Virus record (IMG/VR): IMGVR_UViG_3300008262_003982
From: a virus
Taxonomy: Duplodnaviria; Heunggongvirae; Uroviricota; Caudoviricetes
DNA length: 64,000 nt
Reading direction: 5' to 3' (one strand)
Part shown: piece by piece, positions 55,981 through 64,000 of the stretch
Layout: each line of letters starts with the position of its first letter
Position numbering within the stretch: position 1 is the stretch's first letter
Made by a program: the position numbers and the translations under genes
The notes under the pieces: generated by a model
What the model was told of the DNA's origin: nothing
Seen by the model: the letters and a program-made list of their open reading frames with translations, nothing else
Databases searched by the model: none

Positions 55981-56418
55981 ATGACACAATCTGTAAAAGG
56001 TACCCGTACCGAAGAAAACTTGAAGGCGGCATTTGCCGGAGAATCGCAAGCCAATCGTCGATACTTGTATTTCGCAAACATGGCCGACGTAGCAGGCGAC
56101 AATGACGTTGCTGCCTTGTTCCGTTCAACTGCCGAAGGCGAAACTGGACATGCACACGGTCATATGGAATACTTGATCGAAGGTGGTGCTGGAGATCCCG
56201 CCACTGGCATGAGTGCCAAATCTGTTGAGCAGGCTCTGGAAAGTGCTATTCATGGCGAAACACATGAATACACTGACATGTATCCTGGCATGGCCAAAAC
56301 TGCCAGAGACGAAGGCTTAGACGAGATTGCTGACTGGTTTGAAACACTGGCCAAAGCCGAACGCTCACATGCCAATCGTTTCACCAAAGCCCTGGCTGCT
56401 CACAAAGAAGCACAATAA
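55981..56418 (+). CDS. rubrerythrin ferritin-like di-iron domain protein
   Basis: N-terminal [23 protein letters not shown] is the rubrerythrin signature. ExxH pairs are present ([13 protein letters not shown]). Confidence 0.7.
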   Translation: MTQSVKGTRTEENLKAAFAGESQANRRYLYFANMADVAGDNDVAALFRSTAEGETGHAHGHMEYLIEGGAGDPATGMSAKSVEQALESAIHGETHEYTDMYPGMAKTARDEGLDEIADWFETLAKAERSHANRFTKALAAHKEAQ

Positions 56419-56428
56419 GGAGACGGAA

Positions 56429-56557
56429 ATGGAATACGTATGCACTGTATGTGGCCATGTCCACAATGAAGAGACAGATGGTAAATTTGACGATTTGCCA
56501 AAATACTATAACTGTCCAGAGTGTGGTTGCGGTAAGGAAGAATTCCAGGCAATGTAA
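56429..56557 (+). CDS. rubredoxin-like zinc/iron-ribbon protein (42 aa)
   Basis: CTVCGH...NCPECGC gives two CxxC pairs. AGGAG SD. Corresponds to the C-terminal domain of fused rubrerythrins. Confidence 0.55.
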   Translation: MEYVCTVCGHVHNEETDGKFDDLPKYYNCPECGCGKEEFQAM

Positions 56558-56558
56558 C

Positions 56559-56590
56559 TTGACAACAATGTAGAACTGTGTTATACTGGT
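56559..56590 (+). promoter_or_regulatory. promoter TTGACA-N17-TATACT overlapped by an 11 bp perfect inverted repeat (candidate operator)
   Basis: ACAATGTAGAAC-N12-GTTCTACATTG spans the -35 to -10 region. Confidence 0.45.
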
Positions 56591-56596
56591 TCTACA

Positions 56597-56785
56597 TTGT
56601 TAAATAGTTATATGAACGATCCAAAATCTTCCAAACTCACTGACGCTGTGCGAGAGGCTCTTGCCAAAAAGCATGAGGCTGCTCGACCCACAGTAAAAAC
56701 CAAAACTACCAAGACCAAACAAAACTACGGCGCACCAATGATCAAAGGAGCACCTGTTAGAAAAGCCAGCGGAAGAGGTGGCTGA
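56597..56785 (+). CDS. hypothetical small basic protein
   Basis: 62 aa, Lys/Thr-rich. Confidence 0.4.
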   Translation: MLNSYMNDPKSSKLTDAVREALAKKHEAARPTVKTKTTKTKQNYGAPMIKGAPVRKASGRGG

Positions 56786-57090
56786 TGGCTAACGACTTTG
56801 CTAAATTCAAAAACTCAGCTCGCCGTCATAAAACAGATGTTGCAATTGCTAGACAAGTCAAAATTGCCAAAAGTCATAGCACCTACAACTTACGAAGCAT
56901 TAGGCAAACACATCGCCTGGCCAAACATCATGCCATGGACTGCGGCAATCCTGCATGTTACTTGTGTGGCAATCCACGTAAGACACATAAAGACAAACTT
57001 ACAGCCCAAGAGAAAAAACTATTTCAAGATTTAGATTCCCTCAACCACCATCACTCAAACGGAAACAACAATGAAAATTATTCACAGTAA
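56785..57090 (+). CDS. hypothetical protein with Cys4 zinc-ribbon (CGNPACYLCGNP)
   Basis: 101 aa ORF. Confidence 0.4.
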   Translation: MANDFAKFKNSARRHKTDVAIARQVKIAKSHSTYNLRSIRQTHRLAKHHAMDCGNPACYLCGNPRKTHKDKLTAQEKKLFQDLDSLNHHHSNGNNNENYSQ

Positions 57091-57340
57091 CGACAGAACA
57101 GCCGGGTTGACCAGCGAAGCCGCAGTAGCCGCAATTGGCAATCGCTATGACTTGGTGCTAGTGGCTTCTCGACGATTGCGCGAACTCAATCGCGGCGACA
57201 TGCGAAAAGTTGCAAGTAAAAACAGCAACTCAGTGGCAGTACTTGAAGAAATTGAACAAGGCAAAATCACAAGAGACTATCTCTATCGCGAACAAGATTT
57301 AGAACCCCGACGTAGACGTAGAACCAATGGATCTATCTAA
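57071..57340 (+). CDS. rpoZ: DNA-directed RNA polymerase omega subunit (RpoZ) homologue
   Basis: AVAAIGNRYDLVLVASRRLRELN...VAVLEEIEQGKI aligns with E. coli RpoZ [22 protein letters not shown]...VIALREIEEGLI. Confidence 0.7.
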   Translation: MKIIHSNDRTAGLTSEAAVAAIGNRYDLVLVASRRLRELNRGDMRKVASKNSNSVAVLEEIEQGKITRDYLYREQDLEPRRRRRTNGSI

Positions 57341-57752
57341 AGAAGACGGAGATAGAAGAAACAGTCTGCCTTACCCAATGGAGTTGGGCAGTCCTGCGTT
57401 TGCCCCTGTTCCTGTTGAACGAGAAAAAGATGTCATACTCAATGTAGGGCGAATGCATGCTCAACAAGAATATGACAGGATCATGCAACAAGTTGAAGTG
57501 TTAAAACAACAGGCCGACGCACTTCAACAACGCCTGCATGTTAGTGAGATCATGCACGGCGTCAAGTACGGCTTACAACCTCGACATGGTAAAACTTACT
57601 ATGTGTATTTTAACTCAATAAAAAACGAGCATTGGTTGAGTATGAATCATCCGCATCACTGGTGCGCTGGCCCTGGAGAACAGCACACCTACGTGATGGC
57701 AGTTAAAATGCTCGGCGACTCGACCTGGCAAGAAGTGCAATTAGACACATGA
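57327..57752 (+). CDS. hypothetical protein
   Basis: 141 aa ORF. Confidence 0.4.
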   Translation: MDLSKEDGDRRNSLPYPMELGSPAFAPVPVEREKDVILNVGRMHAQQEYDRIMQQVEVLKQQADALQQRLHVSEIMHGVKYGLQPRHGKTYYVYFNSIKNEHWLSMNHPHHWCAGPGEQHTYVMAVKMLGDSTWQEVQLDT

Positions 57753-58618
57753 AAATACAACTACACGAAAATGGTTGGACTTCAATCATTACTGATATTG
57801 ATTTACGTTCTGCTTCACAGCAAGAGATGAATACCATTGCTTGGCTTGCTGCCAAAGACACCGTGGTTGTGATACGCGATCAACACCTTTTGCCCGGAGA
57901 CGAAGTTGACATCTGTGAAAAAATTGGTGCATGTGAGCAAGTGGCGCCGGCTAATACGCCAACACCGGGCACAAAATTAGTACAAGGCGGGCGTGGTAAA
58001 ATTGTCAGAGTAGGTGGCGGTGGTCACCATCATGGACAACCAGGTGTGTTTGAACATGTGAGTGATCTAGATTGGCACTGCAATAGAACCGGTAGTGAAG
58101 ACCGAGATCCGTTGATTTGGTTGTATTCAGTAAAAGATTCTGTTGGCAGCCGAACCAGTTGGATCAACAACATTTTGAGTTATCAAGATCTTGACCAAGA
58201 ACTCAAAGAACAAATCAAAGATTTAAAACTGGTCATGGGGTTTGATGCTAGGGTGATCTCTGAAGACACTTACACAATCACCAGTCGAGATTCAAATGCC
58301 ATCAACCACAATTGGTATCCAAGTTTGTTACACACCAACCAGGCTGGTGTCACAGGCATGTTTTTTTCGTTTTTACAAATTCATCAGATACTGGGTTTTG
58401 ACAAAGACAAAAGCGATGCCCTAATTCAAAAATTACGACAACATGTGGAGCAAGAAAAATACACATATCACCACGATTGGCAAGACGGTGACATTGTGTT
58501 AAGTGAACAATGGTTAAGTATTCACAAAAGATGGCGCTGTGAAAACATTCAGAATCGAGTGGTGCATCGCATTGCTCTTAACTTTGATCACTGCAACATT
58601 TCTAATACTTTAGTGTGA
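57749..58618 (+). CDS. TauD/TfdA-family Fe(II)/2-oxoglutarate dioxygenase-like, paralogue 1
   Basis: DWHCNRTG compares with TauD WHTD. The C-terminal HHDWQDGDIVLSEQWLSIHKR compares with TauD RxxWxxGDlvxWDNRxxxHRA. Confidence 0.5.
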   Translation: MKIQLHENGWTSIITDIDLRSASQQEMNTIAWLAAKDTVVVIRDQHLLPGDEVDICEKIGACEQVAPANTPTPGTKLVQGGRGKIVRVGGGGHHHGQPGVFEHVSDLDWHCNRTGSEDRDPLIWLYSVKDSVGSRTSWINNILSYQDLDQELKEQIKDLKLVMGFDARVISEDTYTITSRDSNAINHNWYPSLLHTNQAGVTGMFFSFLQIHQILGFDKDKSDALIQKLRQHVEQEKYTYHHDWQDGDIVLSEQWLSIHKRWRCENIQNRVVHRIALNFDHCNISNTLV

Positions 58619-58650
58619 TTGACCAAAAATTCCTGATCTGCTATAATTAC
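58619..58650 (+). promoter_or_regulatory. conserved promoter copy 4 (TTGACC-N17-TATAAT)
   Basis: The upstream stop TGA lies inside the -35 box, as in the copies near 37.3–37.9 kb. Confidence 0.55.
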
Positions 58651-58673
58651 ACATTAACAGAAAGGAGTGCAAA

Positions 58674-58907
58674 ATGAGAATTGAAACTGTAAACGGTCGC
58701 AACCTTGTTTGTGGCCACTTCTTCCCGGCCGACGAGCTTGCAAGCGGTCAACGCTGGGCACCTGCCGACGGCAGTAACCGCGAAGTCAAAATTGTCACAG
58801 TAGACGGTGACTGGATTGAATACGAATGGCAAGACAATGGTGAGAGAAAAACTCATCAAAAATTAGCATTTGCATTTCAGTGCCGTTATTGTAAAGTAGT
58901 AGAATAA
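58674..58907 (+). CDS. hypothetical small protein
   Basis: 77 aa ORF with a GGAG SD. Confidence 0.45.
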   Translation: MRIETVNGRNLVCGHFFPADELASGQRWAPADGSNREVKIVTVDGDWIEYEWQDNGERKTHQKLAFAFQCRYCKVVE

Positions 58908-58918
58908 AAAGGAGGCAC

Positions 58919-59539
58919 ATGATGCCAGCAACATTTTTGGTAAGCGACACGCATTTTGGTCATGTTGGCGTGTGCAAGTTTACACACCCAGATGATGACA
59001 CTGTGAAATTGCGTCCGTGGGATGATCCTGCAGAGATGGATGAGGAAATGATCCGCCGTTGGAACGACCGTGTTCGTCCATCAGACAAGGTCTACCATTT
59101 GGGTGACGTGGTTATTAACCGCAAGGCATTGCCTACGTTACATCGCTTGAACGGCGACAAGGTATTGATCCGCGGCAACCATGATATCTTCCGTGATGAT
59201 GAGTACCGCAGGTACTTTCGTGAATTGCGAGCATATCATGTGTTGAACGGAATGATCTTGAGTCACATTCCTGTGCATGAATCTAGCTTGGGTCGCTTTG
59301 GTGTAAACATCCACGGACACTTGCACGCCACTCGAGTTAAGAAAGCTCGTGGTGTTGATGCCCGTACAGGAGAGATCTTGTATGGCACAGAACTGGATGT
59401 GCGGTATCATTGCGTATGTGTGGAGCAGACTGATTTTGCGCCTATCTTGTTGGAAGATGTGTACAAACGCATTGAAGCAGAAGGTGGACGGATTGGCTTG
59501 CAAAACGGCAATTTCAAAACTGAGCATCATGTAGATTAA
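58919..59539 (+). CDS. calcineurin-like metallophosphoesterase (Ser/Thr phosphatase-like)
   Basis: Motifs DTHFGH, HLGDVV and RGNHD. Confidence 0.7.
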   Translation: MMPATFLVSDTHFGHVGVCKFTHPDDDTVKLRPWDDPAEMDEEMIRRWNDRVRPSDKVYHLGDVVINRKALPTLHRLNGDKVLIRGNHDIFRDDEYRRYFRELRAYHVLNGMILSHIPVHESSLGRFGVNIHGHLHATRVKKARGVDARTGEILYGTELDVRYHCVCVEQTDFAPILLEDVYKRIEAEGGRIGLQNGNFKTEHHVD

Positions 59540-59658
59540 AGGCGGCTTTCTGCCTAGCCCTCTGCTTGTGAAAGTATGGTGAAGTGATAGGGTACAGATC
59601 AGAACGGCTGACACCATAGTTCAGCACCGGAGTCGTAACCGGTAATTTTATTACAATT

Positions 59659-60570
59659 ATGAAATTAACTTTAGATCCAAACGGCTGGGTAGTGCATGTA
59701 GATCAACTAAACGTGCTAGATGTAAACAGCACCGAACGCGATCAATTAAGAACGCTACCTTATACCAACTTGCTGGTTGTAATCCATAACACGCAACCGT
59801 TAACCATTGATCAATATCATCAATTTACTTCTGGTGTGTTTGATGATCTCAATAACGATCTTCCAGCCAAAGAAAAAATATTTGTCGAACAAACCAACAA
59901 AGAAATTATCAGAGTCACTGGTAAGAAAGATGTCCACGGTGAAATCACTGGATTATTTGGCATGCCAGATGATTTGCCTTGGCACTGCAACGAACCAGGA
60001 AGAACTGCCGCAGAACGTCCCGATGCTTTGTGTTTGTACGGGGTAGAACATACTGAAGGCAGCATCACAGGATTTACCAACAGCATACAAGCATTAAACG
60101 ATCTTAGGCAAGCAACCGATACACCAGTTGGACTATTAAGAAGTCTGGATCAGCTCATGTGTTATTACAATTACTCAGGCAGTACAGATAACGGGCCTAT
60201 GGCTGCAGACGTTAACTATCAAGGCAGAACAGGATTTAACAAATTTGTTACTCAAAACAAATCAGGGGCCACGGGCATCCATTGGTCACCCATGCAAAAT
60301 CCAATATTCTATATTGGCAAAACACCAGTTCCAAACGCTGGACAACAAGCATGGTTCAGTTATCTGTACAAATTTCTAACTCAGCCCAAGTACCAGTACG
60401 CTCATCATTGGCAAGACTATGAAATAATTATCAATTGCCAGTGGTTGAGCATGCATGCTCGTCCTGCATTTGAAAATATTGAAAACCGTCTGTTGTGGAG
60501 AGCCATGGGCTATGTTAGCCCATTTGATGGGTCAGCGATTGATACTGGCCAGCTTGAATTGCGCCAGTAG
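59659..60570 (+). CDS. TauD/TfdA-family dioxygenase-like, paralogue 2
   Basis: Paralogue of 57749..58618: PWHCNEPG and the C-terminal YAHHWQDYEIIINCQWLSMHAR. Confidence 0.5.
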   Translation: MKLTLDPNGWVVHVDQLNVLDVNSTERDQLRTLPYTNLLVVIHNTQPLTIDQYHQFTSGVFDDLNNDLPAKEKIFVEQTNKEIIRVTGKKDVHGEITGLFGMPDDLPWHCNEPGRTAAERPDALCLYGVEHTEGSITGFTNSIQALNDLRQATDTPVGLLRSLDQLMCYYNYSGSTDNGPMAADVNYQGRTGFNKFVTQNKSGATGIHWSPMQNPIFYIGKTPVPNAGQQAWFSYLYKFLTQPKYQYAHHWQDYEIIINCQWLSMHARPAFENIENRLLWRAMGYVSPFDGSAIDTGQLELRQ

Positions 60571-61314
60571 TTCAATTATTCTGGCAGGTGGGTCAATTTC
60601 ATACCAGCGTTGACTGAATCTATAGTTGGCTGCATTTTGATGATGGTTCTTGTGCCAAGCTTCGCCATTGTTGATGTTTAATAACACCATCAGCACACTG
60701 TTACTGCTGGTGTCATCATTGTGTATAGGTAGCAAGAACCAAGGTGTGCGATGACACAATGAATTGATTGTGTGAAGTTTGAACACTGTGAGTCCAATTA
60801 CTGCTATCCATAATCCTACCAGGGCAGGATCAATTGCAAATAACAATGCAAACCAAACTATGTTGAGGGCCCAGTACCAATGATAAAACCAAAGATGGCG
60901 AGAATCTCTACCAAGGTCCACAATGTATTTGGTTTTGACTTGATTGAAATAGCTCAAAAATTGAATAGCCCACCGACTCTTATGATATGGAGAATGTGGA
61001 TCACGGTCAGTGTCACAATGTGCATGATGTTCGCGATGAATTCCCACCCATCCAATGCTGTTGCCTACTAGGCACAAGGTAAATACAACAAGTCCATACA
61101 AATCAACTACTGAACTAGGTTTCCAGGCGCGATGACACCAGGCGCGATGCGCAAACATAGTGATGTGAATTCCCATAAACCAACTGGTCAATAGCACAAC
61201 AAAAAATGTAGTCCATGACCAGTTTATTGTCAACCAGATCACTGTCCAAATTGGAAATAACATGCCAACGGAACTGAGTGCCACTGGGTCGATCAAGGAG
61301 CGAGAGATTTTCAT
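60532..61314 (-). CDS. membrane fatty-acid desaturase, paralogue 2
   Basis: His boxes HRAWCHRAW, HREHHAHCDTDRDPHSP and EAWHKNHHQ. Confidence 0.75.
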   Translation of the reverse strand: MKISRSLIDPVALSSVGMLFPIWTVIWLTINWSWTTFFVVLLTSWFMGIHITMFAHRAWCHRAWKPSSVVDLYGLVVFTLCLVGNSIGWVGIHREHHAHCDTDRDPHSPYHKSRWAIQFLSYFNQVKTKYIVDLGRDSRHLWFYHWYWALNIVWFALLFAIDPALVGLWIAVIGLTVFKLHTINSLCHRTPWFLLPIHNDDTSSNSVLMVLLNINNGEAWHKNHHQNAANYRFSQRWYEIDPPARIIELLAQFKLASINR

Positions 61315-61355
61315 ATGAAATATTTATTTGCTCGCACACTAACTTAAATAATCGC

Positions 61356-62057
61356 ATGCACAAACCAATTGTTTTTTTAGGCACCAGTACAAACTTAGAA
61401 ATTTTTATAAGAGTGTGTACTCTTCGTAACATACCCGTTGCAGGTATTGTTGACAGTGATTATTACAGGAACACTGATACTAAAAATGGATTGCCTGTGA
61501 TTGGAAGCGAAGACTCGTTTGATTTTGAGGCTGCTCGAGACCAGTATGATTTTTTTGTTGGAATGTCTTGGTCAAGTCTTGATCTAAGATCGAAATCCAA
61601 AAGACTTGCGTATATTGATCTGATTGATCAACATAAACTCAACTGTGCAACGCTGATACATCCAGCCAGTGAGGTGTATGACGAAGCAGAAATTGGCCCA
61701 GGGTGCTATATTGGATTCAACGCCGGAGTAGCACATTATACAAAGATTGGTGCTCACAGCCGAATACATAATTCTACTACTGTTGCGCATCATACCACTA
61801 TTGGAAAAAATTGCATCCTACATGAATTTGTAAAAATTTGTAGTAGAGTAACATTAGGTGACAATGTGTTAATTCACCCTGACACTGCAATTGTAGGGTA
61901 CGGCAAATTTAACAATGAGCGCGGACCAAATATTGGTAGTAATGCTGAACTACATCCTCGAATCACTGTTACTAGAGATGTAGAACCGGGAGAGATTGTT
62001 TCTTTGGCTGGTGGCAACAACACTAGAAGAATCTATGGCGAGGTAGTAAGATCATGA
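61356..62057 (+). CDS. NeuD/PglD-family hexapeptide-repeat sugar O-/N-acetyltransferase
   Basis: The N-terminal Rossmann-like IVFLGTSTN...GIVDSD followed by left-handed beta-helix repeats, for example IGKNCILHEFVKICSRVTLGDNVLI. Confidence 0.6.
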   Translation: MHKPIVFLGTSTNLEIFIRVCTLRNIPVAGIVDSDYYRNTDTKNGLPVIGSEDSFDFEAARDQYDFFVGMSWSSLDLRSKSKRLAYIDLIDQHKLNCATLIHPASEVYDEAEIGPGCYIGFNAGVAHYTKIGAHSRIHNSTTVAHHTTIGKNCILHEFVKICSRVTLGDNVLIHPDTAIVGYGKFNNERGPNIGSNAELHPRITVTRDVEPGEIVSLAGGNNTRRIYGEVVRS

Positions 62058-62785
62058 AACGCATAAACTGGTTGTTTGTTTTTCAAACCATGTGCATAGC
62101 TGCCTTGGTGTGCCTAATGGTGAATGGTGAATGGTGGCAATGGGCCGTAGCGTTTGGCGTATACGTTGTAACTGGCAGTATTGGTGCCAGTGCAACTTTT
62201 CACAGACTATTGAGTCATAGAAGTTATAAAGCACCTGCTTGGTGGGAATACCTTGGCACCATAATTGGCACTCTCGGTGGAGTGGGCTCTAGTATTGCTT
62301 GGGTTGCCATACATCGTGAACATCATAAATTTGTGGATACCGAACGCGATCCCCACAGTCCCTTGCACAAAGGATTCTTCCGTGTGCAATTTTTAATCAT
62401 GTTCAATCAGCCCAGTCTTAGAATGGTTACTGATCTCATGCGCAGTAGATTTCATGCATTCATGCACAATTACTATTGGGCCATACACGGTGCGTATGCT
62501 GTGATACTGTATGCTATAGATCCAATGGCTGTGGTCTATGCTCACTTGGTGCCTGCTTTGTTTTTATTCCATGCAGGCGGTTTGATCAACAACATTGGTC
62601 ACACCATAGGCTGGCAAGATTATCCTGGCAAAGATACCAGTGTTAACAATCCTATTTTAGGTGTACTTGTGTGGGGCGAAGGATGGCACAACAATCATCA
62701 TGCCAATCCCAGTGACTGGCGCTTTGGACTAAAGTGGTGGCAAATTGATGTTGCTGGATATTTAATTAGACTGGTCAAACAATGA
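62054..62785 (+). CDS. membrane fatty-acid desaturase, paralogue 3
   Basis: His boxes HRLLSHRSY, HREHHKFVDTERDPHSP and GEGWHNNHHANP. Confidence 0.8.
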   Translation: MKRINWLFVFQTMCIAALVCLMVNGEWWQWAVAFGVYVVTGSIGASATFHRLLSHRSYKAPAWWEYLGTIIGTLGGVGSSIAWVAIHREHHKFVDTERDPHSPLHKGFFRVQFLIMFNQPSLRMVTDLMRSRFHAFMHNYYWAIHGAYAVILYAIDPMAVVYAHLVPALFLFHAGGLINNIGHTIGWQDYPGKDTSVNNPILGVLVWGEGWHNNHHANPSDWRFGLKWWQIDVAGYLIRLVKQ

Positions 62786-63513
62786 AAACACGAAAACAAC
62801 TTCCAGCGTTTGGCTATCTGAACAATTTTCACATAGACACACCACAATTGATCAAACACTTGAAAGACAACAGTCTCCTAGACTGGGATCACTATGTTGA
62901 TGTCAAGGCCAGTACTGATGGTGCATTCACTCCATTCATCAAAGCCAACCAATGGACCTTGGATAATTTGTTTAAAGAAGCAGATGCACCCAGTTTGGAA
63001 AGTGAAAAATTTAGACAGATACAACTTACTGAGTTTGACAAAACAAAAAGCCGTGGGCCTGTGGAAGTTAAAGCCACAACCATGATAGAACGAGTCAAGC
63101 GTCAGGATCCCAATGATCCTCGGTATGTGCCCGAAGCTGACGATCTCAACTACGGAGTACGCACCAACATGGTGACTGGTGAGATTGAACGGATTTTTGA
63201 CATGTTTACCAGTCGAATTACTAGAGCAAGACTGGCATACCTAGGAGCAGGTCACGAAATCAAACCGCACTTTGATTATGACCCCAGTTATGTCACAAGG
63301 TTTCACATTCCTGTGCTGACTCACCCTGACGTCAGTATGTTTATGCTAACCAAACAAGGCATACAAGAACAGCACCTACCAGCAGACGGTCGTGTTTATT
63401 TTTTCAACGCAGGTCTAAAGCACTGGGTAAAAAATAACAGCCCACATCCAAGACTGCACTTTATCATTGATGTGCATGGGCAAAGCGAGCTGGAGCATTT
63501 GATCCCAATGTAA
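62782..63513 (+). CDS. cupin-type 2OG-Fe(II) oxygenase-like (aspartyl/asparaginyl beta-hydroxylase-like) protein
   Basis: HEIKPHFDYD...RFHIPV...GLKHWVKN fits a loose HxD...H pattern. Weak. Confidence 0.3.
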   Translation: MKTRKQLPAFGYLNNFHIDTPQLIKHLKDNSLLDWDHYVDVKASTDGAFTPFIKANQWTLDNLFKEADAPSLESEKFRQIQLTEFDKTKSRGPVEVKATTMIERVKRQDPNDPRYVPEADDLNYGVRTNMVTGEIERIFDMFTSRITRARLAYLGAGHEIKPHFDYDPSYVTRFHIPVLTHPDVSMFMLTKQGIQEQHLPADGRVYFFNAGLKHWVKNNSPHPRLHFIIDVHGQSELEHLIPM

Positions 63514-63558
63514 TACTAGAGTACTACATTTCAAAAGGTAATACTCAAGTGTTACAAT

Positions 63559-63590
63559 AGCCCTACAACATGTAGGGCTTTTTTTTTGGT
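63559..63590 (+). terminator. rho-independent terminator
   Basis: AGCCCTACA-ACATG-TAGGGCT followed by nine T residues. Confidence 0.75.
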
Positions 63591-63619
63591 TTGACCAATA
63601 AATCCCTATCTGCTACAAT
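63591..63619 (+). promoter_or_regulatory. promoter TTGACC-N17-TACAAT
   Basis: Sequence motif, then an AAGGAG SD before 63650. Confidence 0.5.
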
Positions 63620-63649
63620 AGTGGCATACAAAGCAAAAAGGAGCCTGGA

Positions 63650-63913
63650 ATGAAGCAACTAAATGAAAGTCAAAAACGCGATATCCACATGTATGGCATG
63701 ACCGAAGCAGAATTGCGCGAAGAAGTTGAGCAAGACCTGATCTATCGTTATTCTAGTCCTGCTACGTTGGTAGCCAGTTTGATGAGTGATGCCCAGGAAA
63801 TGATCGACTCGGAATATGGTAAGGTTAACGCCAAGCGTGCCGACTATGCTCGTCAATTTTTGAACCGCGCCAAGTGGGTTTTGTTTGAATATTGCATGAA
63901 GGAGACTGCATAA
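63650..63913 (+). CDS. hypothetical protein
   Basis: 87 aa ORF. Confidence 0.5.
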   Translation: MKQLNESQKRDIHMYGMTEAELREEVEQDLIYRYSSPATLVASLMSDAQEMIDSEYGKVNAKRADYARQFLNRAKWVLFEYCMKETA

Positions 63914-64000
63914 TGAGTAATTTTTCTGAACTAAGAGATTTCTACGTGGAGCTGGTCACACAGACGCATTTTTACGATCCTTACACTCGCCTTGTCAAGG

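Overview
This 64 kb window looks like part of a large virulent dsDNA phage genome from a Gram-negative host. The overall picture is as follows.

- **Genome style:** genes are densely packed, mostly on the plus strand, with ATGA/TAATG overlaps between neighbours. About 15 host-type sigma70 promoters (TTGACA-N17-TATAAT) are spread through the window. One roughly 40 bp promoter is repeated almost exactly in front of several small genes.
- **Replication genes:** a family-B DNA polymerase (3892..6552), a 5'-3' flap exonuclease and a MazG-like NTP pyrophosphohydrolase.
- **7-deazaguanine (queuosine-precursor) DNA-modification set:** FolE, QueD, QueE, a YhhQ-type preQ0 transporter, a TGT/DpdA-like transglycosylase, a ParB-like candidate partner and an asparagine-synthetase-like amidotransferase (Gat-QueC-like). 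These are spread across about 9–36 kb and mixed with sugar- and methyl-modifying enzymes: an epimerase, a cytidylyltransferase, FkbM and other SAM methyltransferases, sulfotransferase-like and SGNH-like proteins, a B12-binding radical SAM enzyme and a HIT-like protein.
- **RNA-gene island (about 43.4–55.9 kb):** at least 27 recognisable tRNAs plus several aberrant tRNA-like elements. It also holds a circularly permuted two-piece tmRNA with tag ANDEKFLMAA. Two GC-rich, ORF-free regions of about 1 kb each are full of GNRA hairpins and probably encode large structured RNAs.
- **Host-like accessory genes:**
  - Lipid metabolism: three fatty-acid desaturase paralogues and a ketoacyl synthase.
  - Membrane: an outer-membrane porin and an SPFH-domain lipoprotein.
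  - Redox and oxygenases: a split rubrerythrin/rubredoxin pair, TauD-like dioxygenases, and a second radical SAM enzyme.
  - Transcription: an RNA polymerase omega (RpoZ) homologue.
  - Other enzymes: a metallophosphoesterase and a NeuD-type acetyltransferase.
- **Host:** the porin type, promoter type and two-piece tmRNA point towards a beta- or alpha-proteobacterial host.

No CRISPR array, rRNA gene or integrase was seen.
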